Assembly (NCBI RefSeq): GCF_001949145.1
Contig: NW_019091362.1
Span: forward strand, 1,743,838-1,807,837
Direction of reading: 5' to 3'
DNA: 64,000 nt
From: Acanthaster planci
Lineage: Eukaryota
The notes below the pieces were generated by a model that was not told the origin of the DNA, did not search any database, and saw nothing but the letters and a program-made list of their open reading frames with translations. Every line of letters starts with the position of its first letter. Within the stretch, counting starts at the first letter, position 1. Of this stretch, positions 47,801-61,300 are shown piece after piece. Position numbers and translations under genes: made by a program.

Positions 47801-50800
47801 AATTAGAAGATGTCTGCCGCGCCTCTCCCCATCAAAGGGAGGAGGCATGGCCCCTCACAATCACACCCCTTGCTTTTAAACGTCACTGGGGGCTCGAACT
47901 GTGCCTCGTGGAACATTTTAGAGGCCCATTCATTGGGAGAACAAAAATCTAGGCGTACCTTTATGATCGTCCGAGTAGCATGGACTCTACAAATTGCCTT
48001 TTTAGGCCACAGTAAAAAACCAAAGTTTCCTTGGCCTTTTTTTATGAATAGGCATTTCTTTAGCCTCCTCAGTCACCCTTTGATAGTTATTGCCAGTGGG
48101 AAAAGGTTGGCAATTATATCTTGCTGGCAATTACCTTCAAGAAAGGAAACAGGAAACCACAATACCACAAATCTCAAAACCTGGCGTAAAATTGTGTCAG
48201 AAATTAACCCAAAACATACTTGAATTCTGCTGTTTGTTGTAGTGCATCCAGGCACTGAGTGGCCCAAACCAAATCGAACCGGCCCTTTGCAAATATCATA
48301 AGCATGGACAGCCTGAGGAAATTGGTGCACTGGGGTGGGGCTGTGGGAGTGTCCTCCACCTCCATTAGTCAGTTTGATTGGTAAAATCATGGTAATGTCG
48401 GTAATGTGATCCCCTTTCCTTTCCTTTTCTTTTTTCCAGTAAAGTGATGGGCAAGGGAACCAACTACTTGTACGTACCGTTTTTGATGAAACTTGCCAAG
48501 AGCACTCCCCCTGCATTCAGAATCTTATTAGATTATTTGACGGAGCTATCAAACTAATGCTGAATAGCATTTTAAACTAAAAAAGTGTAACACAACAATG
48601 GAGGGCCTGCATGGAGTGCCCTTTCAGAGGACATGTTTTGTTATTTAGATTTAGATGACATTGAAATACCGGTACACAATAGAGTCTACTCAAGCATATC
48701 ACACAGGAACGAAGACCTGTCCTCTGTGAGGACACTCCACACAGGCCCTCTCTATATATCTGGACCAGTTGCCAACCAAGTTGAACCATCCAACAGAAGC
48801 TATTATTTTGCATGTCAAATATATTTCGATTCATTTTGCAATTAGCTCCATACATGTATATCACATCCTTGTGGCACTGCCTTCCAGAAAACCACGTATT
48901 GGTCAGAAATGGCCTCATCATGGGTAGCACAAGGAAGTACTTGTATTACCCTGAATAAAGTCACTCATACAAAACCAGCTAAATTAAACTAAACACTAGA
49001 AACAAGGGCTGCTGATATTGCACGTGCATAGTCTCAGCCACTTGAAGCCCGTTCTGACATCATGGTATTCCATCTACACATCCCCAACGTGTGGCACTGC
49101 CGCTGTGAAACACACTCAAGTTACTAAGGACATTGAAAGATTGATAAAATGCTATCATTATTTTGCCTTGATATTTGTTTCTGGCGTGAGGAACTCCTTA
49201 CGGGAACAGGGGCATAGCCAGCGGAGGCAGGAGGGCACATAATGATCGCCTCTCCCAAACTGGGAAGTTGGAAAAGAACAAAATAGGCCTAATACTATTA
49301 CATTTATTTGGAAAATACTGGGACTTGTGCCTCCGCCCCACTGTAACATCCAACTTTGCAATTTCTCCCCCCCTTTACCGCGAGAACCCTGCCTGCAATG
49401 CTGATGTGCAGATGTGCACTGTCTTTGTGCCTTCAATCTGTGTTGTCTCACACTCAGAGCATGACAGTTGGCATCAACCGAATTGCCCAAGGCTTCAGAC
49501 CAAAGCAAATGTCAGAACAGCACTCGAGCTCTGAATCCTCCATCTTTCCAACACCTGGAAAAAAATACCAGGACTGCCTGCACCACTCTGTTCTTCACAA
49601 TTTTATCTACATAAGTATTAAATTAAGTCACCCTTCCAGACTTAAGAATGGTAGAACGGTACACTTCAGACATCCAACTGTTGTTATGCAATTGCTTCTT
49701 TATTTGCTCAAAACAAAAAACCCTTTACCCTTAACATCAAATTCACAAAAACTGTTTCAGTATGTACCATTCAAACCAAGGGATACAGGTTACCTCTAGG
49801 TAACAATAATGGACAACTATATTGTCCGGCAAATGAGCTAATTGCAAGGGTCTTCTATGAGTCAAATGTATGATCCACTTCATCGTGTATGAGGTTGTAA
49901 CAGACAGCAAAACCAAAGGTCACAAAGCTGCATTTTAACAATCTGACCTATGAACTGTTACAAATACCTAAATAAGAGTTACAACTTCAAAATTGAAAGA
50001 TTGTACATCAGTTACAAATATTTCCCACTTAAAAAAAAAAAGAATTCAGGCCTAAATTTGACACAAGTTCCCATATAAAGTGGAGCTGGCAACACCGAGG
50101 ATGACTTCAATTAAAGCTAGTTTTAATCAAAAGTAAAATTAAAAAAACACTCTTAGTGTGCTGCAGCTTTTGGAATTCCATTTTGGTATATTCTGCTATT
50201 GCACATTTTGAATGAAACAAGATTAACATCTTTTTTTCTTTTATCTTGACCTAAAACATATTCAATTTGACATTCGAATTTGAAGTGGGAATACATGTAC
50301 TTATATCTCTATTTCACACTAAGGCGAGCATTTTTTTAAAAATTGGTGCTCTGAATTTTTTGAAGACAAATTCTCAAGGAGGACGGGAAAAAAAGTGTTT
50401 TCTATGACCTCAAGAAAAACAAACAAGGGTCTTCAAGTCGGAGGGAAGAACACCCCCTGGGTACCATTACCATTAGCACTAGTCACTGGTGACCAAAGCT
50501 CACAAAATTGAAAATTGGGGACTTCGTTGTCGGTTGGACAGCGGAGCAAAAGCAATTTCTTTTAATATACATCAGTAAATTTTCAATTGGTGGATCACAG
50601 ACTTCTCAAAATAAAATGTTTAATTTTTTTGTCCACTTCTGAGTCCCAAAGGTTGGCAAAGGTTGAGTACCAACTTAGAAAAACTCTCGCCTAAAATCTG
50701 CGCAATTTAAAACTGAATTTAATAGTTATTAATAACAAAGTGTTTTGCTATGATTTTTAATCGTATTGCACACCTATGAGCCTCTGCCACATTTTAAAAA

Positions 50801-50916
50801 TCTCCCTTTTTCCAAATTACTTAATTAACAAACGATACCCTCAATTTAATTATAAGACTCTGACAAAGCTGATACCATCTCCTCAGCACAAAGCTGCATT
50901 CAACTTTTCAATTATA

Positions 50917-51339
50917 CAGTCATTTGCAAAAATTTAAGACCATCCGGAATTTTATTGGTATTTCTGTCACTGGGCCTGCATTACATTGTCTCATTGAATG
51001 ATAACTTAACATGTTTTTACAGTGGTGCATATCAGTGTAGTGCTATATACCCATTTGAATGAAATTTGTTTGCAAAGGCAGGTCTTGTATGACATTTTGT
51101 CTGTAAGGTAGCATGGGTGAAAAAAGCCAGTATAAGTTATCATAAATAAAGGAGGGCACACTAAATATTAGACTTTTAACATTTCAAATCATGGAAATGC
51201 AGTAAAATAACTGTTTAACCAAGATACTAAGGTTACCCATTGAAAACAAACATAAGTTGCCATGATTGGCATTAAGTTTGGTTTTTCTTCAGGTTAATGC
51301 ATTTTTGTATGGGTGGTCCTAAACTTTTGCAAATGACTG
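50917..51339. mobile_element. Tc1/mariner-like MITE
   Basis: TIRs cagtcatttgcaaaaatttaagacca ... tggtcctaaacttttgcaaatgactg. TA on the left, CA (mutated TA) on the right. Confidence 0.75.
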
Positions 51340-52353
51340 CATGAAGTAATCTCTAAATCAAGGTATCAGAATTCCTAACCCTGGGCGAAATACAGTAACT
51401 GGTAACTTAATAAAAATAATCTGATGATTCTAAAATAAGTCCATTTTTCTTTCAACTGCCAAAACTGAATTGGCGTATCAATTGTCTGTCTGGACTGCAT
51501 CCTGCTATATCGAAGATCTGGGATAAAATCTAGCAACACCATTTATGTTAGTTTTGGAATCCTCAAAAAACCTCCACCATTTCACATTAACGCAAAAGCA
51601 AAAATATATGCCAGGTCAGTTTGATCCTATGTCATGTTACTACTGCAGATCCAAAGTCGGTATTTCCTAATTCATCGTCTATGAGAAGAACAACAAAGGG
51701 AACAGTCTCAGTTGAAAGTTGGAAAAAAAAAACACTAGAATCTTGAATATTTTATTCATATGACAGTTGTCTCCATAAAGTGTTAGTCTTTGTTGAAGGA
51801 TTATTGAAGGAGACTACTCTAGGCATGAGTTTGGTGGGAATTAAGACTGAAGATGGATTGAGGAGAAGATGACTGAGAAAGATAGCATTCTTTCTCTCAA
51901 CTTTGCATGGTCAATTTGTGAAATTTCACGACAAACACATGTCCAGGTAGCAGGTCATCAAGCACCTACAAAAGGGGGGGAGGGGTGCCTGGCATTTCAG
52001 AAGGGGAGGGAACGACTCAATCTGTGTGGAACCTGAACTATGAGGGAAGCATATTCCAGCGATAATTTCTGTCCTAACGTTATTGTTATATAAATACTTG
52101 GGAGCAAATGAAAAGTTTCTCAAACAGGCATCTCTTCAAGTAAGTAGATAAAAAAATAAAATAATTTAAAACAGGGGAGGGGTCAACGCAAGCCGCTCTG
52201 GATATGCTAATGAACACAATGTAAACATCTTTAACAAGATATTCCAATTTTTTTTTTAAAGTGAGAAATATCTGATTCGTTTCCCAATTAAATTCAATAA
52301 TTCACTCACCATTTCCTGTTCACCATGCTACCTCTCGTCTCCTCACCGTCTTC

Positions 52354-55300
52354 TTAAAGACGGCGCCTGTCCAGCTTGGTGGATGTAACTGTGTGAAAGG
52401 AGAAAACGCAAAGTCATCATGGTACAAACATTTAAACTGTTTCACCAACCTTGCGCAAGATGCTTACAGAAAACAGGAATTGAATTGAACATGGTGAATA
52501 CTCTGCCATTATGCTCTGTTTTCCTTTCCTATCTGATTTTACTGGTGTCGTCTGGTTTCTGTCTGTTTGTTTGTCAGGCTGTCTTTAGCTGATGGTATAA
52601 AATTATAATCTATATTATGTTTTGTTCCAGCCCATGCCACACTTTTACATTGTAATCAAGACGACCATGTTTCTTTTCTCTATCTTTTTCCATACCATGA
52701 AAGTTTGTTAAATATATTCATTACACAGTGAACTGTCATGTACAAACTACCATAGAATTGTAAAGACGGCAAAAATAAGTAAACTCGTTGAGTTGTTACC
52801 TTTCAAAGTCCCATCATCTTCATCTGTAGAACGTCGGCGCCGTCTTTGGACAGCTGCCAAAAAAAAATCAGCATGATATAAATCTAAAAGTAAATCATGA
52901 AAAGAATGAAGCATTGTGTTTTCCCCAGAAAGCAAAAAGAAACATTGGAAGTCATGCAGAAGTGACAGAAAAGCCAAGAAATAGGCTAATAAAATCGTAA
53001 GGATTCAAATCCGTTGATTTAAATCCTCACTGAACGGAGGACAACCCTGTTAGTTTTTTCTTTTTCATTATGATATCCTGTACTTAATTCCAAAGAAATT
53101 CCACTCTTCTTGAAAAGAAAAACTAAGTCTGGATTGAACAAACGTATGCATTTAGTGAACTGTGCCAATAGCTGTGGTGAAGCCTACCTTCCCTAAGGGG
53201 GCTATCATCGTCCACAGAGCGTCGTCGCCTTCTATCCGCTGTCAACAAACAAGTTGAAAATTCAATTACACAGTGCTGTGCTCAACTTTTCAAGTTCAAG
53301 CTTCAGCGTAAACAAGGCTGGAGAACACGGGGGCACTGGATGAAATATGCGCAAAGGTAAATATTACAAAATATATGGACGGCTACAGACTATCAGAGTT
53401 TTGTGATATTTAAATTTATGGGCCACAAAAACTCAAAAAGGACTCGGTTCAAGTTTGAGGTTTCTGGAATTGCTGCAAAGTTTTCTCAGCCATTCAACTG
53501 CCATGGACTGATTAATTATTGGATAAGAATGCTCATGATACCACAAAATGACTTCAGTAAAAGGTCCTATCAAAACAACCTGACAACTCTTTTTTTAATG
53601 TTTGGACTGAACGCAGCAGCATTAAATTTATGTCCATACTTTCCCTCAGCTAACATGTACTGTGAAAGCTGGCAATGACAGGAGTGCTTGATAAACCGTT
53701 ACCTTGTGAACTTTAATTTCTATGCAGAGATTGCATAACTTTTTACAAGGCATTTCTCGTATTTCAAAATATGCAAAGGCTGTTGGGGAAAGGTTTGTAC
53801 TTTCTCACTGACAGTGACGACTGCGAGGGGTACAACATAACAATATGATCCAGTCACCTATTGATCCAAAGGTTGGCATCACGGTCCACACGGCAGCGTC
53901 ACTGGAAGCGAAGCCAACCTCCGTCTTTGGGGAAGTAGTCGATGTTGAGTACAGAATTCTGCCCTCAAAGAGAATGAGGATTTCTGTGAGTTCTCGTCTC
54001 ACGCACATTTTGGGTTCACTGCTGAAGCCCGCGACAGCCTCCAGCACAAAGTCAGTATTATGCATGATTTCCACAACGCCATCGTAGATATCTGGAAAAA
54101 GAGGTGCCCCATTATTATGTTAATGATTAAACATTATCACACACATCACACACCACTAGGACTACCAATTTTGCATGATGTTTGTTCTATCTGCTCTTAT
54201 CTGTTCCCGGGCGATTTTCAAGACTTTCCATTTTCAAAATTCTTCAAAAATTCATAACTTCATTTACTGAACGTTTACACCCACACAAATGAATGTCTGG
54301 TGGCTATGCCTGAGTATTGCAGCCAAGCCTGCGGCCCACTAAGGAGAGCCCAAATTGTACAGTGTCGTGTAATTTCCTTTGTTACCGAAATTTATTATTA
54401 CTGTGTATTTGACCATCACAAGAAGAAACAAAGCAAAATTGAACAAAAAGAATATAAAAAACAACAAAAACACACATACAAGTAAATATAAGCAGTAGCA
54501 GGGACCAGGGACAAAAATCTGAATACATAACAAGACAAATAACAGTTACGTGGGTCAGGGACTGCAAAAGTAACATAAACTACTATTACCCGTGGGGTAT
54601 GCAGCCCCGCACATAACGTTAACAAGACCAATTATACAGAACAAAGAAAACAATGGTTCCCACATAGGTAATCAAAATAACTGCCAGAAAAAAAAATAGG
54701 TTGAATTATGTGTCTGATAAGAAAGCCTGCTTGAGGGCCCTAACGAATCAAGGAACGGAGTTGGAAACAGCTCAGTCTTTGATAATGTTAGATAATGATT
54801 TGCCTAGTATGTTGCTGAATGGCGATGATGTATTTTCAAATGTGGCCAGATTAGCGTGCTGTGGTACGGTATCACTCATCGCTGGAGTGCTGCAGCACTT
54901 TTGTCCCCGCTGATAATCCGCGGGTGCTGAATGCTGCAAACAGAGGTATACTGTTTCAGAACAATGACGGATTACCTCCGCTGATGCCAGCTGAAAAATG
55001 ATGGCAATTCCCAGCAGCTTGGTCTTTTGTTACAAGGCCCAGCTCCTTTGTCCGATTTTTGGGCACCCCCCCGCCAGCTATGTGTACAAACCCAAGGTAC
55101 CCGGTACCGGGAACCCTGGCACCAAGTGGTTAATGTTCCTTTATGAATGGAAATTGAGGACCATAATCGGTACAAAACCAACCTGATTTGAAGATTTTCT
55201 TGATGAAAAATCTTTTAGAACTCTGTGTCAGTTTAGACACAGAAATATGTCACAGATACGTGTAACTTAAAGAGGATAACAATTGAGCTAAATGAGCTGC

Positions 55301-58300
55301 ATTTCAATAAGCCCCATGCTGGACCAAGAGAGGGTGCACTCCAGACTCCTTCTGTTGGGAATGGACCCATTGCTGGTTTACAAACAACCATCAAATGCAT
55401 GTGTTACTGGTTGTATCGCTAACAACAAATGAGCACTCCCAACCGACATGGGCCATTTTCCAATACTCACTCAACTTCATCTCCATCTCAGGCTTCGCCT
55501 CTGAGGAAGCGTTTAAATTAAATTGAAGTACTGTAATGTTTGGCTCTTTGGCATCTTACGGTACTTGATGTTTTGTGGCACAATCAGACTTACCGGTACC
55601 TTTGCGCTTAAAACTTCAAAGTCAGGAAGTAAAAAACAGTTGAAGCCCGAGACAGAGGCGGAGTCAAGTATTGGTAAACGGCCATGGGCTCTCTGTAACC
55701 GATGGGAGGGGGGGTGCTTCTGCTTAACGTGGATACGGGGAATTTTCATGTTTACCATGCAATTTCAGTTTTCCTTCTAATATCGACCGACTGTTGGGCT
55801 GGGCTGGGTTATGTTGGGTTGGGTTGGGTTAGGTTGGGCTGGGTTGGGTTTCATTCATGCACTGTGTATTATTTGAAGTCTTGATTTGCGGCCTTGATCA
55901 AATCAGTCATTTCTGGTGTATCAATCTGTGTGCATGTATCGTGTGGAGGTAATGAACACCTAATCTAATGAAAAATCCAAGTACTTCATTGCTTACAACA
56001 TTAACTTAAGAAATAAAGGAGAAACGAGAATCTGCAAAAATCGTGGTATAAAATTATTATCTTTCAGTATTCACATATTTAACCATACCTAATTTAGAAC
56101 CAGGTCCTATGTCAATTCTAGGCTACGTTGGACTCTTCCACGTCTACAGTGAAGTACATCGTTTCTTACTATGCCGTATCAATGCAACTTACTCAAATCG
56201 ACCATGCCAGGCTGCAGAACTGGGTCTTGGCAGTGCCAGATGGCGACAAACACGTTGTGAGCACTGGTAGCGTTGAAGCAGACTTGAGTAAATTTCTTGG
56301 GGTCAAGCGGAGTGGCGCACTCCTTGTACGTGTTGTAACTGTTCATTTCGGTACGGATTTCGCATGGCTCGGGTTCTGGTACAATCAATCAAATCAATCA
56401 ATCAAATCAATCAAATCAATCAAATCAATCAAATCAATCAAATCAATCAAATCAATCAAATCAATCAAATCAATCAAATCAATCAAATCAACCGACTGAC
56501 CGACCTACCGACCGACCGACCAATCGATCGATGCAGTAACATTAGTTCTTGACATAAGTCCTCTACTGAAGAACTTATCTAAATTGTAGGGTCCAAAAAC
56601 ACAAATCAATAACACTGTACACGATTGAAAGTGTGCTTCAGTAGACGAGATGTAGAGTAAGTATCATAACATTCAGCATGTGCAATATGTCACACCAAAT
56701 GACAGGTGAATCAATCCCAAATGCCTGTTCCTGTTTTAACACCGACAGATATACCTGTATACAGTACCTCCACTCTGCAGAGATCTCTACAGACTTATTT
56801 CATGGCACAATGCTCACGTACAACGTGTATCCCCCTGTTTATTTACTTGGCCCTTGCTTCTACTCATACACATGTAACTTGGCCCCCATGTTATGACCTC
56901 ACTTAGTTTTAAAGCAGACCAGCAGAGACACTATCACTGTTCATATCTTTGTTCCTCCTCACTGGAGTGTGCTTTTCTGCTTGAATCAGGTTCCGGTCTG
57001 CTTCTAAAGAGTCAATGATGGAGAGCCAAACTCTCCTCACTAGATCTTGTTTGACACACTGCACTGGGTTTTGTCCTTTTATACGCTTTAGTCTTTTGGT
57101 GTTAACTCTTTGCAGTCTTACAGCCATTTCGTTTTTTTCATTTTCTGGGCACTTTTTAATGAATACATTCTTTTTTGTCCTTTTTTGAAGTCAAATATTG
57201 GTGTCTGAGTCCCTGTTGATTCTGTTTCCTGCAACCCTTCCCTCAAATATCCTTGGCTCAGTTACAGTTTTTTGGTTATTTTTTCAAATTCGCCCTTAGC
57301 GCGCCATTTTTCCAGGTTACACTTACTAATGTTGATATCAAATGTGCACTTGGCGGTATTGCCGTTTGCATCTGTGGCTTGACAGGTGACAGTGTTGGGG
57401 CCATTGGAGTACAATAACTCGGCGTTGTCGCAGGTAACCGGGTAGGCTGATCCATCATCGTCAATAGCGCTGGTGTCCCGGGAGACGACAAAGTCGATAT
57501 TGCTGGGAGAGCTAAAGGTCATGTCAGTCGGACAGTTGACTTCCGGTGGCATAGTGTCTGAAACACAAAATTTGCAAAGTTTTTTGACACGTTTCAAAGT
57601 TGCTCAATCGTCATTGCATTCCGAAACATTTCAGGGTTGGCTCCCTAATAAAAAAGGCATTGGCAGCATTACTGCATGACGCACATCAACTGACAGTCCC
57701 CAGGGCTCATACAAATAATAGAAATAATAACTACAGTGCCATCCAATACTTCATCAAGATTTTGAACAAAGAATTGCAGTAATACCAAGGTTTCAGCTTT
57801 TTCTGATTACATTCTTTTTTTTTTGGTTATGATCAAGTCCGTCCTAAGTCCTGGTGTTTTGAATTTTCTTCTTGATTTTAGCATTGTGATTTGGAACATA
57901 TCTTGAATGTTTTAACAAAGCATTGAAATTTTTCACTGTTCATATTTCTTTAAATTGAATAATTGTCTGTATTTTTATTCTGATAGTAACTGTGTTATTC
58001 AAAATTAGATCCACGTAGTATCATCTGATTCATCCGACAAACTCGCACACACGCATCACACAATGTGTGAGGTCTGAAGGGTACTAATGATACATTTTCA
58101 AGTCTATTTGAACCCTATGGACTGGTTTCCTTTATTTCCAACACTTAAGTGGTGAAAATGTAAATCACTTCCAACGAAAGCAAGACTGCCTCGGCCGCTT
58201 GCACATGGCCCCCGGCTGGCGTGGCCTGGGCAAGGTTATGCTAAAGGCATAGCGTGGCATCTGTGACTGATTTTATTCTTCAAATGTTGCAACATACGGT

Positions 58301-61300
58301 ATGCCGCTTGGAGTATAAGCCGCAGCGTGAGCATCAACTTATAAGCTGCCCCCTGTATTCTGAAAATTACAGTATTGTACAAATGCAGTCTCCTCCCTGA
58401 AAACGTGTACCCATGGCATGCACTCAACTGACCAATCCTTGAAACTGTACAATTGAAGGTGCAATTCGTTTAATCAGTGTTAAAAATGCTTCAACGGTTC
58501 TCCACAAACACCAGATACCAAGGAGGGAAAAAGTTTGCTTGAACAAGCCTGCCAACTTCGTATTATTGTATTGATATGAGCTTATCCTACGCATTACTCG
58601 GGAGGATTATATGTAACAAAGGCGCAGGATGTTGTGAGTACTTAATTGACTTGGCAATGAATGACTAGGTAGAGCCATGGGGCTCGTGAACTGGACAGTC
58701 CTTAGCAACAGACAGATTTCTGTATACATTTGCAAACAGTTCATCAAGTTTTTTTTGAAAAGAACCCTTACCTTTGACTACAACCATGAAGGAGCAGGTT
58801 TCGCTGTTGCCAGCCTTATCTACGGCAGTGCACGTGACCTTGGCGGAGCCAACTGGGAACTGTTGGCCTTGCTTTTTGTCACAGGAAACTGAAGGGTTGA
58901 TACCACTGTTGTCAGTCGCTTCTGGCGACTGGTATGTGATGGTGGCGTATGACTGACCCTGATCCGGAGACTCGTTGGTCATGTCAGCTGGACAAGTAAT
59001 CTTGGGCTTTTCTTTATCTAAAAGACACAGAAGAAAATGAATCCAATGAATACGTGATTAGAGATGACATAATTCTTGAAATTCTTTGAACTCATTACAG
59101 ATGGCTCGCGCACATCATCCACCGACGTAAAGTCCAAGTGACAAACGGAAGGATTGTTGGACACACCAGGTAATCGACATGAATGTTATATCGACATCAG
59201 TGTACCAAAGTAAATCATATTTGGTTGAATTGAAATTTAAGACGTGAAATTTCGAAATAAATTTCTGAAGCATCATTCAACTCTGAGGTCTTTTTCCATC
59301 TTCTCATGCAGGTAAGGGGGACCCAATCTTTCTGATGTGTGTAACAGAATTTTTTTTTTTTTTTTGAGTACAAATGAGTATGTCAGGCAATGCGGTGGGT
59401 ACATGACAACGGGCAACTGGCATTGTAGGCTACCTGTGTCAGAACATTTGACATTTTGTAAGAATGTTATGTCTGAATTCCATAAAACTAGTGTCAGCCC
59501 CCGCACACTGTGACGATCAGAGAAGAGACTCCTTTGCCAAAACTGCTTCTGCACTGAATAAGTGGCACATGAAGACCAGATTAAGAACAGCATCAACGTG
59601 AAACCCTCTGAAGGTTTTACCTTGGACTGTGATTTTGAATTGGCAGGCGTGTTTGTTGCTTGAAGAGTCAGTGGCGCTACAAGTAACAGTGGTTTCTCCT
59701 ATACCAATTGGTGCATTTGATGCAGGGTCACAGGTCACTTGCACGCTGCCATCCACATTATCAGTTGCTGTCGGTGTCGTGTAGGGCGCTGCAGCATTGG
59801 GCTCACCCTTATCCGTGGGTACTGTCATGGACTTTGGGCAGTCAAACTTGGGATCTTCATCATCTGTGCATAATCAAGTACAGTGCAATAGTCAACGCAT
59901 CTTTGTAGAAGTACACTTCTGATGTCCGAGTTTTGCATTCAGTTGAAAAATGTGACAAATATCTGAGATCTGGCGTGGAGTGAAAGTAATTTTTCCAATG
60001 AACCAGCTCAACATTCCAATGGAACAGACCCCCAAAAAAGGTCATACAGCAACAATACGTACCCTCTTTTAGCTTGGCAAGGCGCCAACTTGAACATGTG
60101 CCTCATTCTCAAATGACTGTATCTTTTTGTGAAATACAGAGCCGGCTCATGAGGCTTTTGAGGGCTCTAAAATTCGACTCAATAAAGTCATCAATCCCTG
60201 CAAGAATTTCTTCAGTAAATACAGGCCTCTGTTCCAAGGCAAGGCCCATCAAGCATGTCAGCAAGATTCCAATTACAATGCAGCACACCACCAAGAAACT
60301 TGGCAGAGACTCACAAGGTCAACCTCTTCTCTCACTTTCAAGTGCGAAAAGGTTTTGTTCGGTCTTGTTTCACTTAGGTAGCTTTCCCCTTTTATCGCTT
60401 CCAATCTGAATTGCACATTTTCTTGAGTTAAAGAGTCTCAAAGATTTTACAGTCCTTGGGCCGACATATAAAGCATCCCCTCTCCCAAAAAAGATGCACA
60501 AACAACACCAACAAACAGACAGTGACCATCGGCTGACCTTACCTGAGACATTTATGGGGAAAGTACAATTTGCTGAATTGCCACTACTGTCGGTGGTGCT
60601 GCAGGTGACCATGGTTGGCCCCATCGTAAACGTAGAGCTTGGCGCTTTATTGCAGATGACCGTAAGGACTGAGCTGGCGTCAACGTTGTCATTGGCTTTC
60701 GGTAGAGGGTAGTTGACGGTAGCATAATCTTTGCCTTGATCGGTAGTAACATCCTCAGAAGACTGGCAGGTAAGAGTTGGTGCTTCTAAGTCTAAAAAAA
60801 CAAAAAAACTGCATTAACATCTGGAACTGAAAATACACATCTTAAAAATGACACAAAAGTAACATCTGCAATGTTATTTGTCTCCCCTGCCCCAAACATT
60901 TTAGTCATGGTAAAAGTTCCCAACATGTTACCTGTCGAGGCATATTTCAGTGGTATGCGACATGTTCTACACCTAACAGATATTGCCTGAATCCAGAAAG
61001 TATGAATATATGAATAAATAGCTGGTTTTATAGTCCTTCCTGAAAACAGAGACTGAAATTGGCTCAAAGGTATGCCGACAACAGCGTGAAATTCAACGGT
61101 TTATTCAGAAAGTCTGTTGCCAATTTGTCTGAACGCTTACGGAACACTCAGCGTATCTACATGTAGATTTTAGAATGGTCAGGTTATTATATCTTTCCTA
61201 TGTCTTGGTACTGGGCACCATATTGACCGTCTGCTGTGAGCACCATGCAGGGTGCAGTCCACTGATTCAATAGACCGTATTTGCGGCGTCCCCAATTTAA

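Noticed and set aside
47800..49300. Possible divergent + strand gene from the PRMT2 promoter (ORF 47810-48223 and others)
   Set aside because: No recognisable protein motif or consistent exon chain.
56128..56552. ORFs with SIK/INQ repeats
   Set aside because: They are translations of the 9-bp microsatellite.
59900..60410. Minus-strand ORF with a hydrophobic start (MVVCCIVIGILL..) between HYR exons
   Set aside because: No convincing splice sites, surrounded by stops, and the flanking HYR exons join in frame without it.
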